Origin: Bacteroidaceae bacterium
Lineage (GTDB): Bacteria; Bacteroidota; Bacteroidia; Bacteroidales; Bacteroidaceae
Direction of reading: 5' to 3'
Length of the DNA stretch: 64,000 bases
Assembly (NCBI GenBank): GCA_963660215.1
Contig: CAVKXW010000003.1
Location: 577 to 64,576, forward strand
Shown here piece after piece: positions 33,807 through 41,541 of the stretch (position 1 is its first letter; each line of letters begins with the position of its first letter). Both the position numbers and the translations under genes were made by a program. The notes below the pieces were generated by a model. It had not been told where the DNA came from. It did no database searches and was given only the letters and a program-made list of their open reading frames with translations.

Positions 33807-34493
33807 ATGAAGAAATTATTTATAACCATCATAACATCCATCCTCTCACTTGGTGCCTCTGCCCAGATACAATGTGAGGATACGTGCAGCCATGTGCACG
33901 GCATAGACTTGAGCCACTATCAGGGCAATGTCTTCTGGGAGACCGTAGGCAACAACTCCAAGATGGCTTACGTCTACCTGAAAGCCACAGAGGGTGGCAC
34001 AAACGTAGACAGCAAGTACAAGCAGAACATCGACCTGGCCCATCGCTATGGTCTCAAGGTCGGCTCGTATCATTTCTATAGGGCTCGAATCCCACAGCAA
34101 ACGCAGCTTGAGAATTTCATGGCGCAATGTCGCCCTGCCGACCAAGACCTCTTGCCCATGATAGATGTGGAGACCAAGAGCGGGATGGGAACCGAGGAGT
34201 TTTGCGACTCGCTTTTCAAGTTCCTGCATTTGGTAGAGAAAGCCTACAAGCAGAAACCGCTCATCTATACGGGAGCCAACTTTTACGACAACTATCTCTT
34301 GGGCAAGCTAGACAGCTACAAGCTCATGATAGCCCAGTATAACAAGCAGGAACCCTCTCTCATAGACAACAGAGACATCGAGATGTGGCAATACACCGGA
34401 AAAGGCAAACTCAATGGCATCAACGGATATGTTGACAAGAGCAGGTTTCTCGGCCGCCACAAACTGCGAGAAATCAGATTCCGACACAGATAA
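33807..34493 (+). CDS. GH25-family lysozyme (muramidase), secreted
   Basis: Signal peptide: MKKLFITIITSILSLGASAQ. GH25 motifs: HGIDLSHYQGNV.W......YVYLKATEGGTNVDSKY and GSYHFYR. Confidence 0.85.
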   Translation: MKKLFITIITSILSLGASAQIQCEDTCSHVHGIDLSHYQGNVFWETVGNNSKMAYVYLKATEGGTNVDSKYKQNIDLAHRYGLKVGSYHFYRARIPQQTQLENFMAQCRPADQDLLPMIDVETKSGMGTEEFCDSLFKFLHLVEKAYKQKPLIYTGANFYDNYLLGKLDSYKLMIAQYNKQEPSLIDNRDIEMWQYTGKGKLNGINGYVDKSRFLGRHKLREIRFRHR

Positions 34494-34525
34494 ATATATA
34501 TAAAACAACAAACAAAACTAAAAAT

Positions 34526-35743
34526 ATGGCTATAATAAAGTGTCCAGAATGCGGACATCAAATAAGCGACAAAGCACCGACATGTCCAAGCTGCGGCGTG
34601 GAGATAGCTGGCAAGGTAACTAGATGCTCGTATTGCGGGGAGGTGTATTTCAAGTATCTAGGGCTGTGCCCTAACTGCCATGTGGCAGCAGGTAATCCAC
34701 AACCGACAGCTCCAACCCAACCTGTAACTCCTGTACAACCTGTAACTCCTGTACAACCTACAAGTTCGACCGTAACTCCCCCTACCCCTCCTGTTGTTCC
34801 CCCTGCTCCCCCACAGCGAGCAGCGAGCACTCAACCCAATGGAAATGAGCCCAACGGTGAAGAAAAGAAGAAGAGCAATCGAGGCGTAGTCATCATATCG
34901 TTGATATTTGCCATCTTGATCTGTGGCATCTTCTATTATTTCTATGACAACGCCAACAGGAACAAGGAGAAAGAGGCCTATGAGTATGCCATGCAGAGCA
35001 CAGACCCAATGGTGTTGCAGAGCTATCTCGATACCTACAAGGATGCCGACGAGGCGCATAGGGATTCCATCATGGCACTTCTCGACCGTTTGAAGCAGAC
35101 AGACCAAGACTGGACCAACGCCATGGTGAGCGGTTCGAAGGAAGCTCTAGAGGCATATCTGCAGAAATACCCAAACAGTCCGCACAAACAGGAGGTATGG
35201 AACAAGATTGACTCCATTGACTGGAATGTGGCAAAGGCAGCCGACAATGTAGAGGCTTATCAAGCCTATCTTGACGCTCATGCTGATGGCTCACATATAG
35301 AAGAGGCAGAAAATGCCTTGAAGAAAGTGAAAGGTCGCGATTTGCAGCCCGAAGAGAAGGCGATGGTCAGTGGATTGTTCAGACAGTTCTTCCAGAGCAT
35401 CAACTCTCGCAACAGCGACGGGCTGGCTGCCACCTGCGAGGAAGTTCTCTCTTCTCTCCTTGGCAAGAACTCCGCCACCAAGGCTGATGTTGTCACCTTC
35501 ATGAACAAGCTTTACAAGGACGATGTAGCCAACATGAACTGGCATATCAACAACGATTACCAGATCAACAAGCGTGAGATTGGCAATGATGACTATGAAT
35601 TTCTGGTTCAGTTCTCTGCGCGTCAAGATGTAGACCTGACGGATGGCAGCAAGAAGGAGAATCTCTTCAAGATAAACGCCATCGTATCGCCAGACGGCAA
35701 GGTTTCCGCTTTCAACATGTCGAAAGTAAGCTCTGAGCAATAA
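34526..35743 (+). CDS. Zinc-ribbon membrane protein with Pro-rich linker, TPR-like repeats and a C-terminal NTF2-like domain (unknown function)
   Basis: Two CxxC...CxxC ribbons (CPECGHQISDKAPTCPSCG; CSYCGEVYFKYLGLCPNCH). A Pro-rich tract (PVTPVQPVTPVQP...PPVVPPAPP). One TM (VVIISLIFAILICGIFYYFY). Three repeats of the type L..YL..YP....H..E. Confidence 0.65.
   Translation: MAIIKCPECGHQISDKAPTCPSCGVEIAGKVTRCSYCGEVYFKYLGLCPNCHVAAGNPQPTAPTQPVTPVQPVTPVQPTSSTVTPPTPPVVPPAPPQRAASTQPNGNEPNGEEKKKSNRGVVIISLIFAILICGIFYYFYDNANRNKEKEAYEYAMQSTDPMVLQSYLDTYKDADEAHRDSIMALLDRLKQTDQDWTNAMVSGSKEALEAYLQKYPNSPHKQEVWNKIDSIDWNVAKAADNVEAYQAYLDAHADGSHIEEAENALKKVKGRDLQPEEKAMVSGLFRQFFQSINSRNSDGLAATCEEVLSSLLGKNSATKADVVTFMNKLYKDDVANMNWHINNDYQINKREIGNDDYEFLVQFSARQDVDLTDGSKKENLFKINAIVSPDGKVSAFNMSKVSSEQ
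34718..34760 (+). repeat. 18-bp tandem repeat (2.4 copies) encoding QPVTPV repeats
   Basis: CAACCTGTAACTCCTGTA appears at 34718-34735 and is repeated exactly at 34736-34753, then a partial CAACCTA. It lies inside the zinc-ribbon protein CDS. Confidence 0.9.
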
Positions 35744-35773
35744 ATAAAGAGAGGATTTCCCCCCACATATAAC

Positions 35774-35836
35774 AAGCAAAGCTCCCTGAAAGGCAAGCAA
35801 CTTATATTGCTTAAAGCCTTTCAGGGAGCTTTGCTT
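35774..35836. terminator. Long perfect hairpin between convergent genes (bidirectional terminator)
   Basis: AAGCAAAGCTCCCTGAAAGGC (35774-35794) pairs perfectly with GCCTTTCAGGGAGCTTTGCTT (35816-35836), a 21-bp stem, with TTTT after it on the plus strand. Confidence 0.75.
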
Positions 35837-35864
35837 TTCTCATCCACATCCCACAGCCACTGGC

Positions 35865-36644
35865 TTACTTCGCATCCTTCATTTGTCGGAGCAAATCCTT
35901 TTGTCTGTCGTTCAAACCTGTAGGCAACTTCACATTGTATGTTATCATCAGGTCGCCAAAGGTTCCGTCGCCTCGGTCATATCCCTTGCCACGCACGCGA
36001 ACTTTCGTGCCGTTTTGTGTCTCAGGCTTGATTTTCAGCTTGATTTTAGAGCCGTTTGCCAGTTTGATGATGCCTTCGCCTCCCAAGAGAGCCGTATACA
36101 TGTCGATGTTTACGTTCATGTTCATCTCTCCAGTGTTGTTGCGCTCGTTCTGTGCATAGCCACCGGTGCCGAAATCAGGTCCTGCCCCATAGCCTGCGCC
36201 ATTGAATCCACCGCCGAAGCCGCCAAATCCGCCTGCTCCAGCTTGCGAAGAGCGTCCTCTGCCACCGAATAGATTTTCGAAGAAGCTAGAGAAGCCACCG
36301 CCTCCTTTGCCAAACTGGCTGAAGTCGAAACCCTCGAAAGGATTGCCTCCGCCAGCTCCACCGCCGAAGCCACCAAAGCCTCCTCCTCCTGGTCCGCCAG
36401 CTCCGCCGAAGCCTCCCACGTTTTTCCATTGCTCACCATATTGATCGTATTTGGCTCGCTTTTCAGGGTCTGAAATCACCTCATACGCCTCGTTCAACGC
36501 CTGGAACTTAGCCTTCGCCTTCGGGTCGTTGGGATGCAAATCAGGATGAAATTGCTTTGCACGTTTACGATATGCAGCTCTGACATCCTTTTGTGGGATG
36601 TTCTTGTCTACACCGAGAATCTTGTAATAATCAACAAATGCCAT
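35865..36644 (-). CDS. J-domain protein (CbpA/DnaJ-like: J domain, Gly/Phe-rich region, one DnaJ C-terminal domain)
   Basis: Start moved to the ATG at 36644: MAFVDYYKILGVDKNIPQKDVRAAYRKRAKQFHPDLHPND (HPD motif). Next comes a GGFGGAGGPGGGGFGGFGG region, then the C-terminus GTKVRVRGKGY...GDLMITYNVKLP. There is no Cys-rich zinc-finger domain. Confidence 0.85.
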   Translation of the reverse strand: MAFVDYYKILGVDKNIPQKDVRAAYRKRAKQFHPDLHPNDPKAKAKFQALNEAYEVISDPEKRAKYDQYGEQWKNVGGFGGAGGPGGGGFGGFGGGAGGGNPFEGFDFSQFGKGGGGFSSFFENLFGGRGRSSQAGAGGFGGFGGGFNGAGYGAGPDFGTGGYAQNERNNTGEMNMNVNIDMYTALLGGEGIIKLANGSKIKLKIKPETQNGTKVRVRGKGYDRGDGTFGDLMITYNVKLPTGLNDRQKDLLRQMKDAK

Positions 36645-36869
36645 ATTATAAAACCTCCTATTTTTTGTTTTTTTGAAATTATCCAACAAAAAGTATGCCG
36701 TAATTGCCAAGTTTTTTGTAATTTTGCAGAAGAAAAGCTGCACTCGGCAATTTGAAAGCAAGCTTTCATTGCGCTCGTTTGCATTTTCTTTGCAAATAAT
36801 TAGCTAGGGCTCCTCCTTAGGGAGTGACTTCCCTCTCACATATTTAATAAATAAAACAATAGATTCATT

Positions 36870-38630
36870 ATGAAACAGCTCATGGCGGCGCTGCTCATGG
36901 CGCTAACTTTCAATTCGCAAGTTATGGCTCAACAACGTACGGTAAAACTGAGGGTGATAGAGACCAGTGATGTTCACGGCTCTTTCTTTCCATACGATTT
37001 CATCAATCGAAAGCCAAAGGCTGGCAGCCTGGCTAGAGTGTCCTCCTATGTGAAGGACCTTCGCAAGACTTACCAGGACAACCTGATTCTGCTTGAGAAT
37101 GGTGACATCTTGCAGGGACAGCCTACCTGCTATTATTACAACTATGTAAACACGCAGGCTCGCAATGTTGCCTCGGATGTGGTGAACTACTTGAAATATG
37201 ACGCCGAAGTCTTTGGTAACCACGACGTTGAGACAGGCCATGCCGTATACGACAAGTGGATCAAGGAGCTGGATTGCCCTGTGCTGGGTGCCAATATCAT
37301 AGATACCAAGACGGGCGAGCCTTATGTCAAGCCATATGTCATCCTGAATCGCGAAGGCGTAAAGGTGGCCGTGTTGGGCATGCTGACCCCTGCCATCCCT
37401 AACTGGCTGACTGAAAACCTCTGGAGCGGCATGAAGTTTGAGAACATGGTGACTTGCGCCCAGAAATGGGTGAAGTACTTGCAGGAGAACGAGAGGCCAG
37501 ATGTCATCATCGGACTCTTCCACAGTGGGCGCTCCGGCGGCATCTCTACCCCGGAATACGACGAGGATGCCTCGCTGAAGGTGGCAAAGGAGGTACCAGG
37601 ATTCGACCTCGTGCTCTTCGGCCACGACCATACCCGTTGCAACGAGACCGTGACCAATGTGGCAGGCAAGCCTGTGCTTTGCCTCGACCCTGCCAACAAT
37701 GCCATCAGCGTTTGCGACGCAGAGATTACGCTCACCCTCGACAAAAAGAAGGTCAACGGCAAGAAACAATATGTAGTGACTGACAAGAAGGTGACAGGCA
37801 AGGTGCAGGATGTGACAGATTGTCCGATAGATGAAGACTTCATGAAGACCTTCGAGCGTCAGATGGCAGAAGTAGGCCAATACGTAGGCAAGCAGATAGG
37901 CAACTTCAAGAACACCATCTACAGCCGGGAATCTTTCTTTGGCAGCTGTGCCTTTAATGACTTCATACTCAATCTGGAACTTCAGATCACCAATGCCGAC
38001 ATTGCCTTCAATGCCCCATTGCAGTTTGACGCCTCCATCAAGGCAGGTCCAATCTATGTGAGCGACATGTTCAACCTCTACAAATACGAGAACCAGCTCT
38101 ACGTGATGCGCCTCACTGGCGAGGAGATCAGGAAGCACCTGGAGATGAGCTACGACCTGTGGGTGAACACCATGAAGAGCCCTGACGACCATCTGCTGCT
38201 GCTCGACAACAAGACGTGGGGCGACCAGCAGCGACTTGGGTTCAAGAACTTCTCCTTCAACTTCGATAGTGCCGCAGGCATCGACTACGAGGTGGACGTT
38301 ACCAAGCCAGACGGCGAAAAGGTGAAGATCCTGAAGATGAGCAATGGCCAGCCTTTCGATGAGAAGAAATGGTATAAAGTGGCAGTGAACAGCTATCGTG
38401 GCAATGGCGGCGGCGAGCTGCTCACCCGTGGCGCAGGCATCCCTAAGGACAGCCTTGAGAGCCGCATCATCTACCGCAGCGAGCGCGACCAGCGCTACTA
38501 CCTGATGGAAGAAATAGAGAAAATGGGCACCGTGGATGCCAAGCCAAACAACAACTGGCGCTTCGTGCCGGAGGCATGGGTGAAGCCAGCCGCCGAAAGA
38601 GACTTCCAACTGCTTTTCGGAAAGAAATAA
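36870..38630 (+). CDS. Bifunctional metallophosphatase / 5'-nucleotidase (UshA-like), secreted
   Basis: Signal peptide. Metallophosphatase motifs: VIETSDVHG, NGDILQG, FGNHDVE, GLFHSG, FGHDH. C-terminal 5'-nucleotidase domain: NSYRGNGGG. Confidence 0.85.
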   Translation: MKQLMAALLMALTFNSQVMAQQRTVKLRVIETSDVHGSFFPYDFINRKPKAGSLARVSSYVKDLRKTYQDNLILLENGDILQGQPTCYYYNYVNTQARNVASDVVNYLKYDAEVFGNHDVETGHAVYDKWIKELDCPVLGANIIDTKTGEPYVKPYVILNREGVKVAVLGMLTPAIPNWLTENLWSGMKFENMVTCAQKWVKYLQENERPDVIIGLFHSGRSGGISTPEYDEDASLKVAKEVPGFDLVLFGHDHTRCNETVTNVAGKPVLCLDPANNAISVCDAEITLTLDKKKVNGKKQYVVTDKKVTGKVQDVTDCPIDEDFMKTFERQMAEVGQYVGKQIGNFKNTIYSRESFFGSCAFNDFILNLELQITNADIAFNAPLQFDASIKAGPIYVSDMFNLYKYENQLYVMRLTGEEIRKHLEMSYDLWVNTMKSPDDHLLLLDNKTWGDQQRLGFKNFSFNFDSAAGIDYEVDVTKPDGEKVKILKMSNGQPFDEKKWYKVAVNSYRGNGGGELLTRGAGIPKDSLESRIIYRSERDQRYYLMEEIEKMGTVDAKPNNNWRFVPEAWVKPAAERDFQLLFGKK

Positions 38631-38642
38631 TATCAACAAAAA

Positions 38643-39416
38643 ATGAAATACTGGTTTATATTTTGCAAGACCGACCTCTTGCTAGAGAAGAAAGAAGACG
38701 GAACCTATACGGTTCCTTGCTGCGAGGAGAGCCCCATCGAGACAAAGCCATGGACCCATATCCTCAACATCACACCGATGGACGACGGCACCGAGGTGAA
38801 GACCTTCACCATACCAGAGCCTGTCACCGACAACCCAAGGTTTGAGATGTGCGGACTGCGCCCAAGCTATTACAAGCTCTCTCCTGCCCTCTACCAGAAG
38901 GCTGGGAAGTGCCAGGAACTGAACTATTGGGACCAGAACACGAAGTATTGCGGCGTTTGTGGCGCACCGATGAAGATGTCGACCGACATCAGCAAGAAAT
39001 GCACGGAGTGTGGCAAGTCGGTATGGCCGTCGCTAGCCACTGCCATCATCGTGCTCATCAAGAAAGGCGACCAGGTGTTGTTGGTTCATGCCCGCAATTT
39101 CAAGGGCAATTTCGACAGCCTGGTGGCAGGCTTCGTAGAAACTGGCGAGAGCTTGGAGGAGGCTGTGCATCGCGAGGTGATGGAAGAGACAGGCCTCACC
39201 ATCAAAAACCTGAAATACTTTGGTTCTCAGCCATGGCCATACCCTAGCGGCCTGATGGTAGGCTATTCTGCCGAATACGTGGATGGCGAGATTCATCTGC
39301 AAAGGGAAGAATTGTCGAGGGGCAAATGGTTCTCTAAGGACAATTTGCCTATCCTGCCAGAGAAGCTGTCTATCGCCCGCCGTCTGATCGACGCATGGCT
39401 GGAAGACAGACTATAA
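38643..39416 (+). CDS. nudC: NAD+ diphosphatase (NADH pyrophosphatase, Nudix)
   Basis: Zinc ribbon: YCGVCGAPMKMSTDISKKCTECG. Nudix box: GFVETGESLEEAVHREVMEETGL. NudC-type motif downstream: SQPWPYPSGLM. Confidence 0.85.
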   Translation: MKYWFIFCKTDLLLEKKEDGTYTVPCCEESPIETKPWTHILNITPMDDGTEVKTFTIPEPVTDNPRFEMCGLRPSYYKLSPALYQKAGKCQELNYWDQNTKYCGVCGAPMKMSTDISKKCTECGKSVWPSLATAIIVLIKKGDQVLLVHARNFKGNFDSLVAGFVETGESLEEAVHREVMEETGLTIKNLKYFGSQPWPYPSGLMVGYSAEYVDGEIHLQREELSRGKWFSKDNLPILPEKLSIARRLIDAWLEDRL

Positions 39417-39447
39417 CACAACAAGTTTCATCCATCAAGAAAAGCCA

Positions 39448-40626
39448 ATGAAAGAGAAACTTTGGAATAGCAATTACATCAAGGTGATGATAACCAACAC
39501 CTTGATGTATTTTTCGTTTTATCTCATCATGCCCTTGCTGCCCCTCTATCTCAGCGACATGTTTGGCGCCACCAAGGACGTGATTGGTATCGTGCTGAGC
39601 GGCTACACCATAGCAGCCCTCATAATCCGTCCGTTTAGCGGCTATGTGGTAGACAGTTTCTCGCGCAAGAAGGTCTTGATGTTCTGCCTCTGTGGCTTTG
39701 CTGTCTTTTTCGCGGGCTACATCGCTGCAAGCACCATCTTGATGTTTGCCATCTGCCGCACGCTCCATGGAGGTCCGTTTGGAGCCGTCACCGTGGCAAA
39801 CAGCACCTGCGCCATCGACGTGCTGCCAGCCAGCAGGCGCAACGAGGGCATCGGTCTCTATGGGTTGAGCAACAATCTGGCGATGGCAGTCGCTCCCTCC
39901 GTGGGCATTTATCTGCACCACCTGTGGGATAGCTACATGGCGCTCTTCTGGCTTTCGCTCATCGTGGCTGTGGCGGCGGTGATGATAGCCTGGAGCATCC
40001 GCTTGCCCGAAAAGGAAATCGTCAAGAACAAGGAAAAGCTATCCTTCGACCGCTTCTTCCTGACCCGTGCCTGGCTCCTTGCCATCAACATAGCCATGTT
40101 TGGCTTCTGCTGGGGCGTGTTGAGCAATTACCTGGCCATCTACAGCAAGGAAGAACTAGGCATCACAGGGGGAACAGGCACCTATTTCGCCCTGCTCTCC
40201 ATCGGTCTGTTCCTATCCCGACTGCAAGGCAGAAAAGCCCTGAGCCAAGGCAAGCTGACTCAGAACGCAGCCGAAGGCATGCTGATTTCGCTGGTGGGCT
40301 TCACCTTGTTTGTGGCAGTGAAGCACCCGATAGCCTATTATCTATCGGCTTGCCTCATCGGCTTGGGCAACGGGCATCTTTACCCCGCTTTCCTCAACAT
40401 GTTCATCCATGTGGCTCGCCACGACCAAAGAGGCACTGCCAACAGCAGCATCCTCACGGGATGGGACTTGGGTTTTGGCATCGGCTGTTTGCTGGGCGGA
40501 GTCGTGGCCGAGCATTTCAGCTATACAGGTGCCTTCTGGATGGTTGCCTTGGAGAATGCGGCGGCTGTCGTTCTCTTCTTTGTGGCATCTAAGAAATTCT
40601 TTGACAAAAGAAAGCTTTTTTCGTAA
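39448..40626 (+). CDS. MFS transporter
   Basis: 392 aa with about 12 TM. The loop 2-3 motif GYVVDSFSRKKV is MFS-like (G-x-x-x-D-R/K-x-G-R-K/R). Confidence 0.8.
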   Translation: MKEKLWNSNYIKVMITNTLMYFSFYLIMPLLPLYLSDMFGATKDVIGIVLSGYTIAALIIRPFSGYVVDSFSRKKVLMFCLCGFAVFFAGYIAASTILMFAICRTLHGGPFGAVTVANSTCAIDVLPASRRNEGIGLYGLSNNLAMAVAPSVGIYLHHLWDSYMALFWLSLIVAVAAVMIAWSIRLPEKEIVKNKEKLSFDRFFLTRAWLLAINIAMFGFCWGVLSNYLAIYSKEELGITGGTGTYFALLSIGLFLSRLQGRKALSQGKLTQNAAEGMLISLVGFTLFVAVKHPIAYYLSACLIGLGNGHLYPAFLNMFIHVARHDQRGTANSSILTGWDLGFGIGCLLGGVVAEHFSYTGAFWMVALENAAAVVLFFVASKKFFDKRKLFS

Positions 40627-40665
40627 CTGTTAATCGTTGTCTCTGAACGCCGAGTTTTGCGAAAT

Positions 40666-40760
40666 AGAAGTGTTAATTTATTTTCTCTTAAGAGAAAAAA
40701 TTTTTTCTGTTAAGAGAAAATATTTTTTTGCTTAACATAAAAAATAATAGCACTTAAGAG
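40666..40760. repeat. Copy B of the dispersed 22-bp-phased CTTAAG element
   Basis: CTTAAG at 40687, GTTAAG at 40709, CTTAAC at 40731 and CTTAAG at 40753, spaced exactly 22 bp. It has the same 18-bp palindrome TTTTCTCTTAAGAGAAAA (40681-40698). 40666-40735 matches 21794-21863 at 66 of 70 positions. Confidence 0.85.
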
Positions 40761-40817
40761 GTTTTCTGGAAACGACTCAAGTGCTATATTGAATTTATTT
40801 TACAATGTTGTAAAATT

Positions 40818-40838
40818 GCTCCCCTATTTTGGGGAAGC
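40818..40838 (-). terminator. Stem-loop just downstream of the DUF3127-like gene
   Basis: GCTCCCC / GGGGAAGC form a 7-bp stem with one bulge. On the minus strand it is followed by AATTTTA. Confidence 0.35.
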
Positions 40839-40851
40839 TCCTACCGAAATC

Positions 40852-41301
40852 TTAGAAAGGAAGGTCGTCTGCGCTACCACCCTCGGCAGCAGGAGCGGCA
40901 GGCTGTGCTGGAGGGAATGGAGCTGTGGCACCACCGGCAGCAGGAGCTGCAGGCTGGGCAGGAGCAGCGGCACCCATTGGAGGGAATGGTGCGGCTCCGG
41001 GCATGGCGCCCATGGCACCAGCCACGGTATTAGGGTCTACACGCTGAATGTTCCATGCGCGGATGCTGTTGAACCAACGACCCTGGTATTCGTGAGCATC
41101 AATATCGAAAGATACCAATAGTTCCTCACCACTCTGGATGTTGAACTGAGCCAAGCGCTCGGCACCAAAAACGTCGAAACATAATTTCTTTGGATACTGC
41201 TCGTGTGTCTCTATGACAAACGACTGAGCTTTCCACTCTCCTCTTGCGGAGACACCGCTTTTTTCTGGCAAAACGGCGATAACTTTTCCTTGTAATTCCA
41301 T
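40852..41301 (-). CDS. DUF3127-like small protein with an SSB-type disordered C-terminal tail ending DDLPF
   Basis: N-terminal ~88 aa: MELQGKVIAVLPEKSGVSARGEWKAQSFVIETHEQYPKKLCFDVFGAERLAQFNIQSGEELLVSFDIDAHEYQGRWFNSIRAWNIQRV (recalled as the DUF3127 pattern). This is followed by a 60-aa Ala/Pro/Gly/Gln-rich tail ending GGSADDLPF. Confidence 0.75.
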   Translation of the reverse strand: MELQGKVIAVLPEKSGVSARGEWKAQSFVIETHEQYPKKLCFDVFGAERLAQFNIQSGEELLVSFDIDAHEYQGRWFNSIRAWNIQRVDPNTVAGAMGAMPGAAPFPPMGAAAPAQPAAPAAGGATAPFPPAQPAAPAAEGGSADDLPF

Positions 41302-41541
41302 ATTATTATTTTTATAAAGTTTCTGTGTTAAATGTGTGAATTATTCTTTCTGACTGCGAAATTACTAAAAATTGTTCTAAAACCGAAACTTTTATTCGAT
41401 TATTTTTGTGTATCACCAATATTTTTTGTATTTTTGTGGTCAGTTAAGTGACATTGCTTATATTAATAAGGTGAAAGCCCCAGAATGATGTCACAGGAAA
41501 ATGAACATGAAATCAAAAACAAAATAAAAATATAAATACTC

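Noticed and set aside
33019-35743. The hypothetical gene, GH25 lysozyme and membrane protein as a prophage lysis cassette
   Set aside because: No holin-like small TM gene, capsid, tail or integrase genes, att-like repeats or compositional break are visible. The lysozyme has a classical signal peptide, typical of housekeeping secreted muramidases.
36903-38639. 578-aa minus-strand ORF covering the whole 5'-nucleotidase gene, plus similar long antisense ORFs at 12668..13675, 62452..63720, 27593..28510, 33028..33804, 55697..56629, 42735..43421 and 13645..14463
   Set aside because: These are shadow ORFs created by the codon bias of the real genes on the opposite strand. Their products are Leu/His/Val-rich and motif-free, whereas the opposite frames carry unambiguous family signatures.
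41302-41541. Possible oriC / DnaA-box cluster in the 240-bp AT-rich region upstream of dnaN
   Set aside because: The best matches to TTATCCACA/TGTGGATAA are only about 6 of 9 (TGTGGTCAG, TGTGTATCA). dnaA is not adjacent. The region is adequately explained by two divergent promoters (TATTTTTG boxes at 41401 and 41429).
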